From Bacillus subtilis subsp. subtilis str. 168 (GTDB lineage Bacteria > Bacillota > Bacilli > Bacillales > Bacillaceae): a stretch of DNA of 32,000 nt. Of the stretch, positions 20,574 to 29,445 are shown piece after piece (the first letter of the stretch is position 1; each line of letters opens with the position of its first letter). Where the stretch lies: the NCBI RefSeq assembly GCF_000009045.1, contig NC_000964.3:2070001-2102000 (forward strand), written 5' to 3'. The translations under genes and the position numbers were made by a program. The notes beneath the pieces were generated by a model. The model ran no database searches, was not told the DNA's origin, and saw only the letters and a list, made by a program, of their open reading frames with translations.

Positions 20574-21686
20574 ATGATTAAAAATCATTTTACATTTCAA
20601 AAACTAAACGGGATTACGCCCTATATATGGACGATATTTTTCATCCTCCCCTTCTACTTTATATGGAAATCATCATCTACATTTGTTATTATTGTCGGCA
20701 TCATTTTGACGCTTTTATTTTTTTCGGTATATCGATTTGCTTTTGTCTCAAAAGGCTGGACCATTTATTTGTGGGGATTTTTATTAATTGGCATTTCAAC
20801 CGCCTCCATTACTCTGTTCAGTTATATTTATTTTGCTTTCTTTATTGCTTATTTTATTGGAAACATTAAGGAACGCGTCCCTTTTCATATTTTATATTAT
20901 GTCCATTTAATAAGCGCGGCCGTCGCAGCCAATTTCAGTCTCGTATTAAAAAAGGAATTCTTTCTGACACAAATTCCTTTTGTCGTTATTACCCTCATCA
21001 GCGCAATTTTATTGCCCTTCAGTATAAAAAGCCGCAAGGAGCGCGAACGACTTGAAGAAAAGCTCGAGGATGCAAATGAACGGATTGCAGAACTGGTAAA
21101 ATTAGAAGAACGTCAGCGAATTGCCCGCGATCTCCATGATACGCTTGGGCAAAAGCTTTCTCTTATTGGTTTAAAAAGCGACTTAGCAAGAAAATTGATA
21201 TACAAAGATCCCGAACAAGCAGCTCGTGAACTGAAAAGTGTTCAGCAAACAGCGCGAACTTCTTTAAATGAAGTAAGAAAAATCGTTTCCTCTATGAAGG
21301 GCATCCGGCTCAAGGATGAATTGATCAACATCAAACAAATTCTCGAAGCAGCTGACATTATGTTTATCTATGAAGAAGAGAAATGGCCCGAGAATATCTC
21401 ATTGCTGAATGAAAACATTTTGAGCATGTGCTTAAAGGAAGCTGTCACAAATGTCGTCAAACACAGCCAGGCTAAAACTTGCCGAGTTGACATTCAGCAG
21501 CTCTGGAAGGAAGTTGTGATTACAGTGTCTGACGATGGAACATTCAAAGGAGAAGAAAATTCCTTTTCAAAAGGACATGGCTTACTCGGGATGAGAGAAC
21601 GGCTTGAGTTTGCAAACGGAAGCCTTCACATCGATACCGAAAACGGGACCAAGCTTACCATGGCAATTCCTAATAATTCAAAATAA
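20574..21686 (+). CDS. desK: Two-component thermosensor histidine kinase
   Basis: N-terminal TM bundle, HisKA_3 motif RQRIARDLHDTLGQKLSLIGLKSDLA, HATPase region FSKGHGLLGMRERLEFANG; 370 aa. Confidence 0.97.
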   Translation: MIKNHFTFQKLNGITPYIWTIFFILPFYFIWKSSSTFVIIVGIILTLLFFSVYRFAFVSKGWTIYLWGFLLIGISTASITLFSYIYFAFFIAYFIGNIKERVPFHILYYVHLISAAVAANFSLVLKKEFFLTQIPFVVITLISAILLPFSIKSRKERERLEEKLEDANERIAELVKLEERQRIARDLHDTLGQKLSLIGLKSDLARKLIYKDPEQAARELKSVQQTARTSLNEVRKIVSSMKGIRLKDELINIKQILEAADIMFIYEEEKWPENISLLNENILSMCLKEAVTNVVKHSQAKTCRVDIQQLWKEVVITVSDDGTFKGEENSFSKGHGLLGMRERLEFANGSLHIDTENGTKLTMAIPNNSK

Positions 21687-21704
21687 ACATAAAGGATGGC
21701 TTAT

Positions 21705-22304
21705 ATGATTAGTATATTTATTGCAGAAGATCAGCAAATGCTGCTGGGCGCTTTAGGATCACTTCTAAACCTCGAAGACGATATGGAAGTCGTAGGCAAA
21801 GGTACAACCGGCCAAGATGCTGTTGATTTTGTCAAAAAACGCCAGCCTGATGTATGTATTATGGACATTGAAATGCCCGGAAAAACAGGGCTTGAAGCTG
21901 CTGAGGAGCTAAAAGATACAGGCTGCAAAATTATCATCTTAACCACCTTCGCCAGACCCGGTTACTTTCAGAGAGCTATTAAAGCTGGCGTTAAAGGCTA
22001 TTTGTTAAAAGACAGTCCGAGTGAAGAGCTGGCCAACGCCATCCGTAGCGTCATGAACGGAAAACGCATCTATGCACCTGAACTGATGGAGGACTTATAC
22101 AGCGAAGCTAACCCTCTTACAGATAGAGAAAAAGAAGTGCTCGAACTTGTGGCTGACGGTAAAAACACAAAAGAAATCGCTCAGGAACTCAGCATCAAAA
22201 GCGGGACGGTGCGGAATTATATCTCAATGATTCTAGAAAAGCTTGAAGTGAAAAATCGAATTGAAGCCATTACCCGGTCAAAAGAAAAAGGCTGGTTTAA
22301 ATAA
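21705..22304 (+). CDS. desR: NarL/LuxR-family response regulator
   Basis: Receiver domain (ISIFIAEDQQMLLGAL...DVCIMDIEMPGKTG) plus LTDREKEVLELVADGKNTKEIAQELSIKSGTVRNYISMILEKL HTH; 199 aa from M4. Confidence 0.97.
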   Translation: MISIFIAEDQQMLLGALGSLLNLEDDMEVVGKGTTGQDAVDFVKKRQPDVCIMDIEMPGKTGLEAAEELKDTGCKIIILTTFARPGYFQRAIKAGVKGYLLKDSPSEELANAIRSVMNGKRIYAPELMEDLYSEANPLTDREKEVLELVADGKNTKEIAQELSIKSGTVRNYISMILEKLEVKNRIEAITRSKEKGWFK

Positions 22305-22337
22305 AAAAGGATCTTGGCATCTGCCAGGATCCTTTTT
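22305..22337 (+). terminator. Intrinsic terminator of desKR
   Basis: GGATCTTGGCA-TC-TGCCAGGATCC-TTTTT immediately after the desR stop. Confidence 0.85.
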
Positions 22338-22854
22338 GTTAACCTGAAATTCCCGTTTGAGAACCTCGTCGCAACCAGAATTAAATTGATCCATATCCTC
22401 GCTCCTACGCCCGCTGAACGATTGTTTGGTTAACAGCCCAATAAAAGACTGGATTGAATGATATCCCTGTTAAAATGGTCGGCCATTGCACATCAGCAGA
22501 ATTTCTGATATTGATTATATTGTATTTTCAGTATGACAAAGTTGTGCCACTTCGCTCCCGAAGCTGCCATGCCCAACTGCAAGAGCCTAATATCACAATA
22601 AAAAACCGTCTGAAATCAATCCGATTCCGTAAATGGTATCTGCTACATCCAACTGCTTATTATCTGCCAAAAACACCAGCTCGTTTCGCTGATCAAAGAT
22701 AGTAACAACCAGCTATAAATGTCATGATGCCGAATGTCTCTGTAATGTGGAATCAATCTTTTAACCCGAGAGCCCCTGAATCGCACATAAAGAAAAACGG
22801 GACCACTTTCTTTTATCAGCATATGATATAAACAGCTCTAAGCAGAACAAAAAA

Positions 22855-22881
22855 AGACACAAGCCAAAAGCTTATGTCTTT
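22855..22881 (-). terminator. Intrinsic terminator of yocH
   Basis: Minus strand AAGACATAAGC-TTTTG-GCTTGTGTCTTTTTTT. Confidence 0.75.
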
Positions 22882-22898
22882 TATCACAATCTATATTA

Positions 22899-23762
22899 TT
22901 AGTTTAAGACTTTAACACTTACAGTTTTGACGCCCCAATTAGAAGCATCACTTTTACTTGGTACAAATACGTCGATTTTATTTCCTTTAATAGCGCCGCC
23001 AGTGTCTGCTGCTGTTGCTTCCCCGTAGCCTTCAACATAGACTTTAGAACCTAGCGGAATTACATTAGGATCAACCGCAATAACTTTCGCGTTCGGGTTC
23101 TTATTTAAGTCAATGCCTGTAGCTGTAACGCCGGAAATGCCGCCGTCGTTAGCAGTGTAAGCAGTAGCAGTAACTGTTAGTTCTTTTGAAGCTTCTTGAT
23201 TATTTGTATTTGATTGAACAGCCTTCTCCTCTGTGTTAACAGAAGTTTCTGCCTCAGCCTTTGTTTCTTGTTTAGGTTGCTGTTGTACAGCTTCTTGTTT
23301 AGGTTGCTCTTTTTGCACAGCCTCTTGTTTTGGCGCAGCTTGAGGTGCGTTTGTTTGCGCATTCTCAGTAGCTGTGTTTGCTGCTGTTGCCTGACCTTTT
23401 ACTGAAAGAGTTGATCCAGCATAGATCATGTCAGAGCTTAAGTTATTCCAAACTTTCAGGTTGTTGACTGTCGTGCCGAATTTTTGAGCAATCTTAGAAA
23501 GCGTATCTCCCGCTTTAATTGTATATTGCCCAGTCGTGGTTGTTTCTTCTGAAGAAATGGTCAGTTTTTCTCCTGCAATGATTTTATCAGAAGTTAACTT
23601 GTTCCATTCTTTTAAGTCCTTTAGGTTCACTCCATTTTTCTGAGAGATTCCCCAGAGCGTATCACCCTTTTGCACCGTAATTTCTTTTGCAGAAGCGTGA
23701 GCTCCGAATGCAGTTGTTGAAAGTGCAGCAACTGCCACAAAGGACATAATCGTCTTCTTCAT
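22899..23762 (-). CDS. yocH: Secreted cell-wall-binding peptidoglycan hydrolase: signal peptide, two LysM domains, Q/K-rich linker, C-terminal 3D domain
   Basis: 287 aa from [25 protein letters not shown]; LysM repeats [15 protein letters not shown] and [15 protein letters not shown]; 3D motif TAYTANDGG...[19 protein letters not shown]...ADTGGAIKG. Confidence 0.95.
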   Translation of the reverse strand: MKKTIMSFVAVAALSTTAFGAHASAKEITVQKGDTLWGISQKNGVNLKDLKEWNKLTSDKIIAGEKLTISSEETTTTGQYTIKAGDTLSKIAQKFGTTVNNLKVWNNLSSDMIYAGSTLSVKGQATAANTATENAQTNAPQAAPKQEAVQKEQPKQEAVQQQPKQETKAEAETSVNTEEKAVQSNTNNQEASKELTVTATAYTANDGGISGVTATGIDLNKNPNAKVIAVDPNVIPLGSKVYVEGYGEATAADTGGAIKGNKIDVFVPSKSDASNWGVKTVSVKVLN

Positions 23763-23858
23763 AAGTAAATCCTCCCTTGTTAGCTTTTTATTGGCGGCTA
23801 ACAGGTGATATCGTAACACACGTAAATGTCAAATCAATAACAAAAAGATATGATTTAG

Positions 23859-23875
23859 ATTACAGTTCCTTTACA
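23859..23875 (-). promoter_or_regulatory. WalR (YycF) binding box upstream of yocH
   Basis: Minus strand TGTAAA-GGAAC-TGTAAT, matching TGTWAH-N5-TGTWAH exactly. Confidence 0.8.
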
Positions 23876-24009
23876 TGAAGGATTTCTCTCTGATGGAAAG
23901 ACTTGCTGAACCCTTGATATAATAGGCTTCGCAGGTCTTTTTATTTTGAGGCGAAACAGAGAAAATAAAATGTGTTTTTTATAGAAAAAAAGATTGTTTT
24001 TCTGTTTTT

Positions 24010-25785
24010 TTAGTCTGTCATCCTTGCATAAGCCTGTATTTCTTGTAAAAAAAGCCGGCCGTATTTTGCTCTTTTTTGTTCTCCGACTCCTTTTATAGAC
24101 AAAAGTTCATCATCATTTACGGGCTGTTTTCCTGACATTTCTTTTAACGTTTGGTCAGAGAAAACAACAAATGGCGGAACACCCTGCTCAGCCGCAATTT
24201 CTTTCCGAACCATGCGCAATCGTTCAAATAGCTCGTCATTTTCAGTAATCGCTGCCGCTTTTAACGCTTCTTTTCTCGCTACTGATAATTCTCCTTTCAG
24301 CACATTCCTTCCTTTACTGCTGACAAAAAGAGTCGGAAACGTTCCGTCTGACATCCTGATGAAGTCGTCAGAAATAAGAAATTCGATAAAATCACTGATT
24401 TCGCCAACGGATTGGTGTTTTAATATCCCGTATGTTGAAAGGTCGGAAAAGCCGTTTTCAAGAACTTTTTTATTTTTGGAGCCGGCAAGCACCTGGGCAA
24501 CCATCGTCTTGCCAAACCGTTCTTTCATGCGAATGATACAAGATAAGACCATTTGCGCCTCCCGCGTCACGTCATGGGCCGCTCTTGTATCGGTACAGTT
24601 TCCGCACTGTCCGCACGCATCAGGCTCCTTTTCTCCGAAATACATAAGGATAAAACGCTGCAGACAATCTTCCGTATGACAGTAGTCGACCATTTGTCTC
24701 AGCTTTTTTAAATCCTGCTTTTGTTTCTCTTCATGTTCTGATTGCTCAATTAAGAAGCGCTGCACCATAATATCCTGCGGTGAAAACAGGAGAACACATT
24801 CACTGGCAAGACCGTCCCGTCCAGCTCGTCCTGCCTCTTGATAATAGCTTTCCATATCTTTCGGGATTTGTGCATGCAGAACAAATCTGATATTTGATTT
24901 ATCAATACCCATTCCAAAAGCAGAGGTTGCCACCATCACTTGAAGCTCATCATTAAGAAATCTTTCCTGCTGCTCTTTTCTCACATCATCAGCCAAACCT
25001 CCATGATACCGGCCTGCCCTGACCTGATTTCGTTTCAATCTCTCATATATCCGATCAGCTTCTTTTCTGGTCGCTGTATAGACAATTCCTGCTTCATGCC
25101 TGTTGTTTTGCACATATTCGTCTATAAACCGATCTTTATTTTCTCCTTTTACTACTTTAAAGGTTAAATTCTCTCGGGAAAATCCGGTATATACCGTGTT
25201 TTCTTTTTGAATATGCAGCTGTTTGCAAATATCATCATGAACCTCGGGTGTGGCTGTTGCTGTTAACGCCATGATGACAGGCTTGTCGTGTAATTCACGG
25301 AACAAGATTTCAATATTCCTGTAGCTTGGCCTGAAATCATGGCCCCATTGAGAAATACAATGCGCCTCGTCTATTGCGACCAAAGGAACATCTATGCCCT
25401 GCAAAATCCGGATAAACTCTATGGACGTTAGTCGCTCTGGTGTAATGTAAAAAAGCTTATAAGCCCCTTCTTTGAGTCCGTTCAGCCTCTCATATATTTC
25501 CTGATTGGATTGTGTGCTGTTAATGTAGGCGGCGTTAATCCCCGCTTCTTCTAACGCATCAACTTGATCCTTCATCAAGGAAATCAACGGTGAAATGACG
25601 ATCGTCGTCCCTTCAAACATTAATGCCGGAATCTGATAGCAAATCGATTTGCCGCCTCCCGTCGGCATAATGCAGGCCGTATTTTGCCTCGCTTCCGTCA
25701 CCAAGCGGATCGCTTCATCTTGGCCGCTCCGAAACTTCTCATAACCAAAATAATGAGCCAGAAGGGATTGGGCTCTATGTAACAT
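24010..25785 (-). CDS. recQ: RecQ-family ATP-dependent DNA helicase (RQC and HRDC domains)
   Basis: Walker A MPTGGGKSICYQ, DEAH-type IDEAHCISQWGHDFRP, RecQ-CTD CGQCGNC zinc motif, C-terminal HRDC (LLSIKGVGEQKRAKYG); 591 aa. Confidence 0.97.
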   Translation of the reverse strand: MLHRAQSLLAHYFGYEKFRSGQDEAIRLVTEARQNTACIMPTGGGKSICYQIPALMFEGTTIVISPLISLMKDQVDALEEAGINAAYINSTQSNQEIYERLNGLKEGAYKLFYITPERLTSIEFIRILQGIDVPLVAIDEAHCISQWGHDFRPSYRNIEILFRELHDKPVIMALTATATPEVHDDICKQLHIQKENTVYTGFSRENLTFKVVKGENKDRFIDEYVQNNRHEAGIVYTATRKEADRIYERLKRNQVRAGRYHGGLADDVRKEQQERFLNDELQVMVATSAFGMGIDKSNIRFVLHAQIPKDMESYYQEAGRAGRDGLASECVLLFSPQDIMVQRFLIEQSEHEEKQKQDLKKLRQMVDYCHTEDCLQRFILMYFGEKEPDACGQCGNCTDTRAAHDVTREAQMVLSCIIRMKERFGKTMVAQVLAGSKNKKVLENGFSDLSTYGILKHQSVGEISDFIEFLISDDFIRMSDGTFPTLFVSSKGRNVLKGELSVARKEALKAAAITENDELFERLRMVRKEIAAEQGVPPFVVFSDQTLKEMSGKQPVNDDELLSIKGVGEQKRAKYGRLFLQEIQAYARMTD

Positions 25786-25896
25786 AACGTGTAAACCTCG
25801 CTTTTCCTTGAATTTCTCCCATCATATCATAAAAAAGCGGCCTTCATTTCTTTCACACAAAAATGGAATATTCACTATACCAAACCTTTTTAGATA

Positions 25897-26111
25897 AAAT
25901 AAAAAGCCATTTCCGAAAAGGAAATGGCTTTCGCTACGTCTTGCCGTATGCAAGTAAGAAAGTTTTAAACCACCACTCCTCAAAGTGGGTGTTTGCAGAA
26001 ACGTTCCTGTCGTCCTCTGCAATGGAGGCATGACATTCCGGCTTCGATATAAAACTCCCTATTACAGCTTAAAGGTTAAAACTTAATTAACAATACGCAC
26101 AAAGTAGCTTC
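25897..26111 (-). ncRNA. bsrB: 6S-2 RNA (6S family regulator of RNA polymerase)
   Basis: About 210-nt non-coding transcript unit between recQ and azoR1. Sigma-A promoter TTGATT-17-TACTAT just upstream, terminator hairpin AGCCATTTCC-TTTTC-GGAAATGGCT-TTTTT at its 3' end. Size and location agree with known B. subtilis bsrB. Confidence 0.85.
25899..25929 (-). terminator. Intrinsic terminator of the 6S-2 RNA
   Basis: Perfect 10-bp stem 25905-25914/25920-25929 with T tract on the minus strand. Confidence 0.88.
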
Positions 26112-26117
26112 TTTAAT

Positions 26118-26146
26118 ATAGTACACCATCAGGCGCTTTTAATCAA
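26118..26146 (-). promoter_or_regulatory. Sigma-A promoter of the 6S-2 RNA
   Basis: Minus strand TTGATT-AAAAGCGCCTGATGGTG(17)-TACTAT. Confidence 0.7.
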
Positions 26147-26312
26147 GAGGTCAGAACAATTGTTTAGAAAAACTTTTTCCAGTGAATAAAACTGTTTTTT
26201 CTCCAAAATACCTGACAATTCGACAAACAAAAAATATATTACAATAAAAAAAATAGCCTTTATTGCTAAAAGCGAATGATTATTTTCTTCTATATTAATG
26301 TGTATATACAAA

Positions 26313-26342
26313 AAGACTCCTATTTGTAACGATAGGAGTCTT
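26313..26342 (-). terminator. Intrinsic terminator of azoR1
   Basis: Minus strand AAGACTCCTAT-CGTTACAA-ATAGGAGTCTT-TTT. Confidence 0.85.
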
Positions 26343-26349
26343 GGCTTTA

Positions 26350-26976
26350 TTAGAATTTTGCAGCAAGATCTTTTGCTTCTTGTAAACCTTTTTCAACGAT
26401 TTCTTGCGCTTGATCAGGTGCTGCGTTATGTCCTTCGATGACAACTGTGTGCAAGTCTTGAACACCCCAGAAACCAAGAACTGTTTTCATGAAGTTTAAT
26501 GACATTTCAAGTGCAGCCATTGGTCCTTCTGAGTAGACACCGCCGCGAGCGTTAAGAAGCGCAACTTTTTTGCCGCCCATTAAACCGACTGGTCCTTCTT
26601 GTGTGTATTTGAATGTAACGCCTGCGCGAGACAGATAATCAACATAAGTATGAAGCACTGCTGGCACTGTGAAGTTCCAAAGCGGGAATGCGAAAACAAC
26701 TTTGTCAGCTTTTACAAACTGGTTCAGATATTTGTCAGCAATTGCTGCTTGTTTTTTCTCATCTTCTGTCATTTCCATTCCTTGACCTGCTTTAAATGTT
26801 CCGTTAATCATATCTCTGCCAAGGTAAGGAAGGTTTTCCTTATGAAGATCTAATTCAACCACTTCATCATTAGGGTTGTTTTCTTTATAAGCAGCTAAGA
26901 AAGCTTCGTAAAGTTTAGTTGAAACGCCTTCTTCAGCTGTACGGTCGCTTGATTTTACAAATAAAACTGTAGACAT
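26350..26976 (-). CDS. azoR1: FMN-dependent NADH-azoreductase
   Basis: 208 aa; flavodoxin-like fold motifs FAFPLWNFTVPAVLHTYVDYLSRAGVTFKYT and ALLNARGGVYSEGP. Confidence 0.95.
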   Translation of the reverse strand: MSTVLFVKSSDRTAEEGVSTKLYEAFLAAYKENNPNDEVVELDLHKENLPYLGRDMINGTFKAGQGMEMTEDEKKQAAIADKYLNQFVKADKVVFAFPLWNFTVPAVLHTYVDYLSRAGVTFKYTQEGPVGLMGGKKVALLNARGGVYSEGPMAALEMSLNFMKTVLGFWGVQDLHTVVIEGHNAAPDQAQEIVEKGLQEAKDLAAKF

Positions 26977-27125
26977 TTGTATTCCTCCCGGTAAACTTTT
27001 TATATTTACTTACAAATAGTATGTTACTTTCTTTTTTACGTAAAGTCAATCACTTTATTTTGAATATGAGATTTTTTTTCAAAAAAAGCAAGTACATCTA
27101 ATATCGGTGTACTTGCTTGGCATTT

Positions 27126-27617
27126 TTACTTCGAATCTTGTTCACGATCCAAGATTTCATACGTCTGCGAGCTTTTTTGATCAATTGTTTCTTTGTTGGA
27201 TAAGTCTTTTACCTGTTCATGAAACTCTCTTTCATAAGAAGGAGCATCTGTCTCCAGATCATCCTCCACATCAGCTTGGGCCTCAACTGTCATTCTTGCA
27301 TAAGGAACAGCTTCAAGTCTTTCGTAAGGAATCTCTTGGCCGGTTTTTTCACACACGCCATAAGTTCCGTCTTTCATCTTTTGTAATGCACGGTTGACCT
27401 CCTCTAACAGCTCCCGGTCAATCTCTTTCACTGTTTGGTCTGTCATCCGGTCTGTGACGAGCGTCCCGTGGTCTGCCATATGGTTGTCAACCCCATTGGA
27501 AAGCTCCCCCACTTCTTCCGTCATTGATTCTGTTTCCTTTTTCTCGCCAGACAATTCTTTTTGCATATCGAGCAATTTATGATAGAGATGCTGTGTTTGT
27601 TCTTTTGTCAGTGCCAT
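27126..27617 (-). CDS. yocK: TraR/DksA-family protein YocK
   Basis: 163 aa from MALTKEQTQHLYHKLL; YGVCEKTGQEIPYERLEAVPYARMTVEAQ (DksA-like motif with incomplete Cys set). RBS AAAGGAGAGG. Confidence 0.9.
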   Translation of the reverse strand: MALTKEQTQHLYHKLLDMQKELSGEKKETESMTEEVGELSNGVDNHMADHGTLVTDRMTDQTVKEIDRELLEEVNRALQKMKDGTYGVCEKTGQEIPYERLEAVPYARMTVEAQADVEDDLETDAPSYEREFHEQVKDLSNKETIDQKSSQTYEILDREQDSK

Positions 27618-27691
27618 GTATATCCTCTCCTTTCTATCCTGTTTCCCGTTTTGCCTTCTGTCAAACATGGAAACATCGATGGAAAGATGAG

Positions 27692-28024
27692 CTACTGCCT
27701 TTTTGAACGGATCGTGACCGCTGGCGTCGATGGTGCTTCGGGTTTTCGTTGGCACTTTTTGTCCTTCTCTTCTGGCGGTATATAATAGGTTGCGCCTATA
27801 TTTAATCTGCCGCTCAGTTCATCAATGGTCAGCTCGCCGAATTCAAGATGATAGTCAACTTTTTCGACATTCAGCGTTTCAATATGTATATAGGTTTCTT
27901 CAGACTCTTGTTTGCTGCTTTGTTTTTGTTTCTCAATCACTGAGAGTCTTTCTTCACATTCACGCAGTTTGTCAAGTTCTGGTTTCAAGCAATGCCTGAT
28001 CAGCGACCGGAACATTTTTTTCAT
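27692..28024 (-). CDS. yocL: YocL, uncharacterised small protein
   Basis: 110 aa; central FGELTIDELSGRLNIGATYYIP resembles C-terminal segments of GerPC-like proteins. Confidence 0.8.
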   Translation of the reverse strand: MKKMFRSLIRHCLKPELDKLRECEERLSVIEKQKQSSKQESEETYIHIETLNVEKVDYHLEFGELTIDELSGRLNIGATYYIPPEEKDKKCQRKPEAPSTPAVTIRSKRQ

Positions 28025-28101
28025 GACATCACGACCCTTTGCATACTCCTCTTTCGTCTACATATATAATGAGGTATATCCCATAGAAAGGAGAGGTTTT
28101 C

Positions 28102-28329
28102 ATGCTTCCGACTAACATCAATATTTCTCATCTCAAGACTAACTCGATAGGCACCGGCTCATCCCTTACCTTTGGTTCTGCGGAGTTAAGGAACAGGTGC
28201 TCTGCTATCAAAAGAAATAACGGTTTTGGGGAACAAAATGCAGATGGTATTGTTATGGTCATTCCGATTGAATCAATTGATGACCGTGATGTGTCAGATG
28301 CACTCAGTATGAAAATCAATCATCAATAA
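28102..28329 (+). CDS. GerPA/GerPF-family small spore-type protein
   Basis: 75 aa; LKTNSIGTGSSLTFGSAELRNRCSAIKRNNGFGEQNADGIVMVIPIESIDDRDVSD; RBS AAAGGAGAGG. Confidence 0.85.
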   Translation: MLPTNINISHLKTNSIGTGSSLTFGSAELRNRCSAIKRNNGFGEQNADGIVMVIPIESIDDRDVSDALSMKINHQ

Positions 28330-28792
28330 CAATGGTTTTCGCTTGACCTTCGTCTTTTTGAATAGTGATGTATAGGATTCCGTCTTTAAAAATGGCATTC
28401 ATCTTTCCATGAAGATGATCGGAAAGCGGAATTTTCTTTTCAAAACTTCCGTATTTCCCTTCTTTTTGGCGAAAGTCCTGTTCATTAAAATAGGAAAAGC
28501 GCTGCCCCTTCACCACTAAATAATCTCCGTACGATAATATGTGAACGTCTTGTTTACGGTAGCCTGGAAGATAAATTAAAAACTGCACTTCCGCAACGGT
28601 ATCTACAATATCCATGCTCGGAAATGAAGCATCTCCTTTCCCTCGCTGATCTTGCTGCGCAAACGGAAACGGAGATTGGCCATTTGTCATAAAAGGGGTT
28701 TTTTGGTCTTCATCAAATACCTGTTTCCAAAAGTCACCGCCGTACATCTGCTGTGCGAATTCCATCCACTGCTTCATCTTTTCGAAATCCAT
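28316..28792 (-). CDS. yocM: Small heat-shock (HSP20/alpha-crystallin-like) protein
   Basis: 158 aa; VDIVDTVAEVQFLIYLPGYRKQDVHILSYGDYLVVKGQR...GSFEKKIPLSDHLHGKMNAIFKDGILYITIQK. Confidence 0.9.
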   Translation of the reverse strand: MDFEKMKQWMEFAQQMYGGDFWKQVFDEDQKTPFMTNGQSPFPFAQQDQRGKGDASFPSMDIVDTVAEVQFLIYLPGYRKQDVHILSYGDYLVVKGQRFSYFNEQDFRQKEGKYGSFEKKIPLSDHLHGKMNAIFKDGILYITIQKDEGQAKTIVIDD

Positions 28793-28858
28793 TTGAAGCC
28801 CCCTGTCTTAACATACTTTATAACCGCCAGCATACAACTATAGAAAGGAGGTTTGCCT

Positions 28859-29122
28859 GTGGTTCAACCAACTCCGTATATCAATATTAATATTTTCATG
28901 CTGAAAATTAATTCCTTTGAAAATGCTTCAGCGGTTAACGTAGGACAAAATTTATTGGCAGAATGGCAAAATTCAGATAAAAAAAATCAAGGCTACGGAC
29001 AGAATTTTGGAGATGCGAGCGGATTTATGGGCACGAGAAGCCATGTGGATGACAGAGACCAAATTGATTCTCCGGCCTCTTTTGAAAGTGAAGCGGTTAA
29101 CTCCTCAATCAAAAGGAAGTGA
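28859..29122 (+). CDS. GerPF-like / spore-type small protein (probably annotated yozN)
   Basis: 87 aa from a GTG start 7 nt after AAAGGAGG; ININIFMLKINSFENASAVNVGQNLLAEWQNSDKKNQGYGQNFGD. Symbol withheld because assignment is uncertain. Confidence 0.8.
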   Translation: MVQPTPYININIFMLKINSFENASAVNVGQNLLAEWQNSDKKNQGYGQNFGDASGFMGTRSHVDDRDQIDSPASFESEAVNSSIKRK

Positions 29123-29126
29123 TGAG

Positions 29127-29360
29127 ATGTTCTTTTCACCCTCCGTCGTAAATGTCGGCGGATTTAAAATCAATACGATGGATCGAGGTTCCTCTTTAAC
29201 ACTCGGTCCGTATCAGCAGGTCGATTACTTTTTATCAGCTAAAATAAATCAAGGGTTTGGAGAAGAAAATGGCGACTTTACTCCTCTTGTCGTGCCGATT
29301 TCAAATGTATTAGATGCAGATCTTGTTGATTCGAACTCAGCGAAAAACAGTGTGGTGTAA
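29127..29360 (+). CDS. yocN: GerPA/GerPF-family small protein
   Basis: 77 aa from MFFSPSVVNVGGFKINTMDRGSSLTLGPYQQVDYFLSAKINQGFGEENGDFTPLVVPISNVLDADLVDS. Confidence 0.85.
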   Translation: MFFSPSVVNVGGFKINTMDRGSSLTLGPYQQVDYFLSAKINQGFGEENGDFTPLVVPISNVLDADLVDSNSAKNSVV

Positions 29361-29445
29361 TAAGAACAGGGCGCACATGCCCTGTTCTTGTTTTTATATA
29401 TAAAAAAAGCCTAACCATTTTTTGAACGGCTGGCTCATCAAATAT

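Noticed and set aside
19396-22304. des-desK-desR as a possible novel sensory system
   Set aside because: It is the well-characterised cold-responsive Des pathway of B. subtilis, so not new.
22454-22702. 82-aa + strand ORF after desR
   Set aside because: Unsupported by RBS or domain; reported only as part of the gap observation.
24212-24679. 155-aa + strand ORF
   Set aside because: Lies antisense inside recQ, which has unambiguous helicase motifs; composition bias is typical of a shadow ORF.
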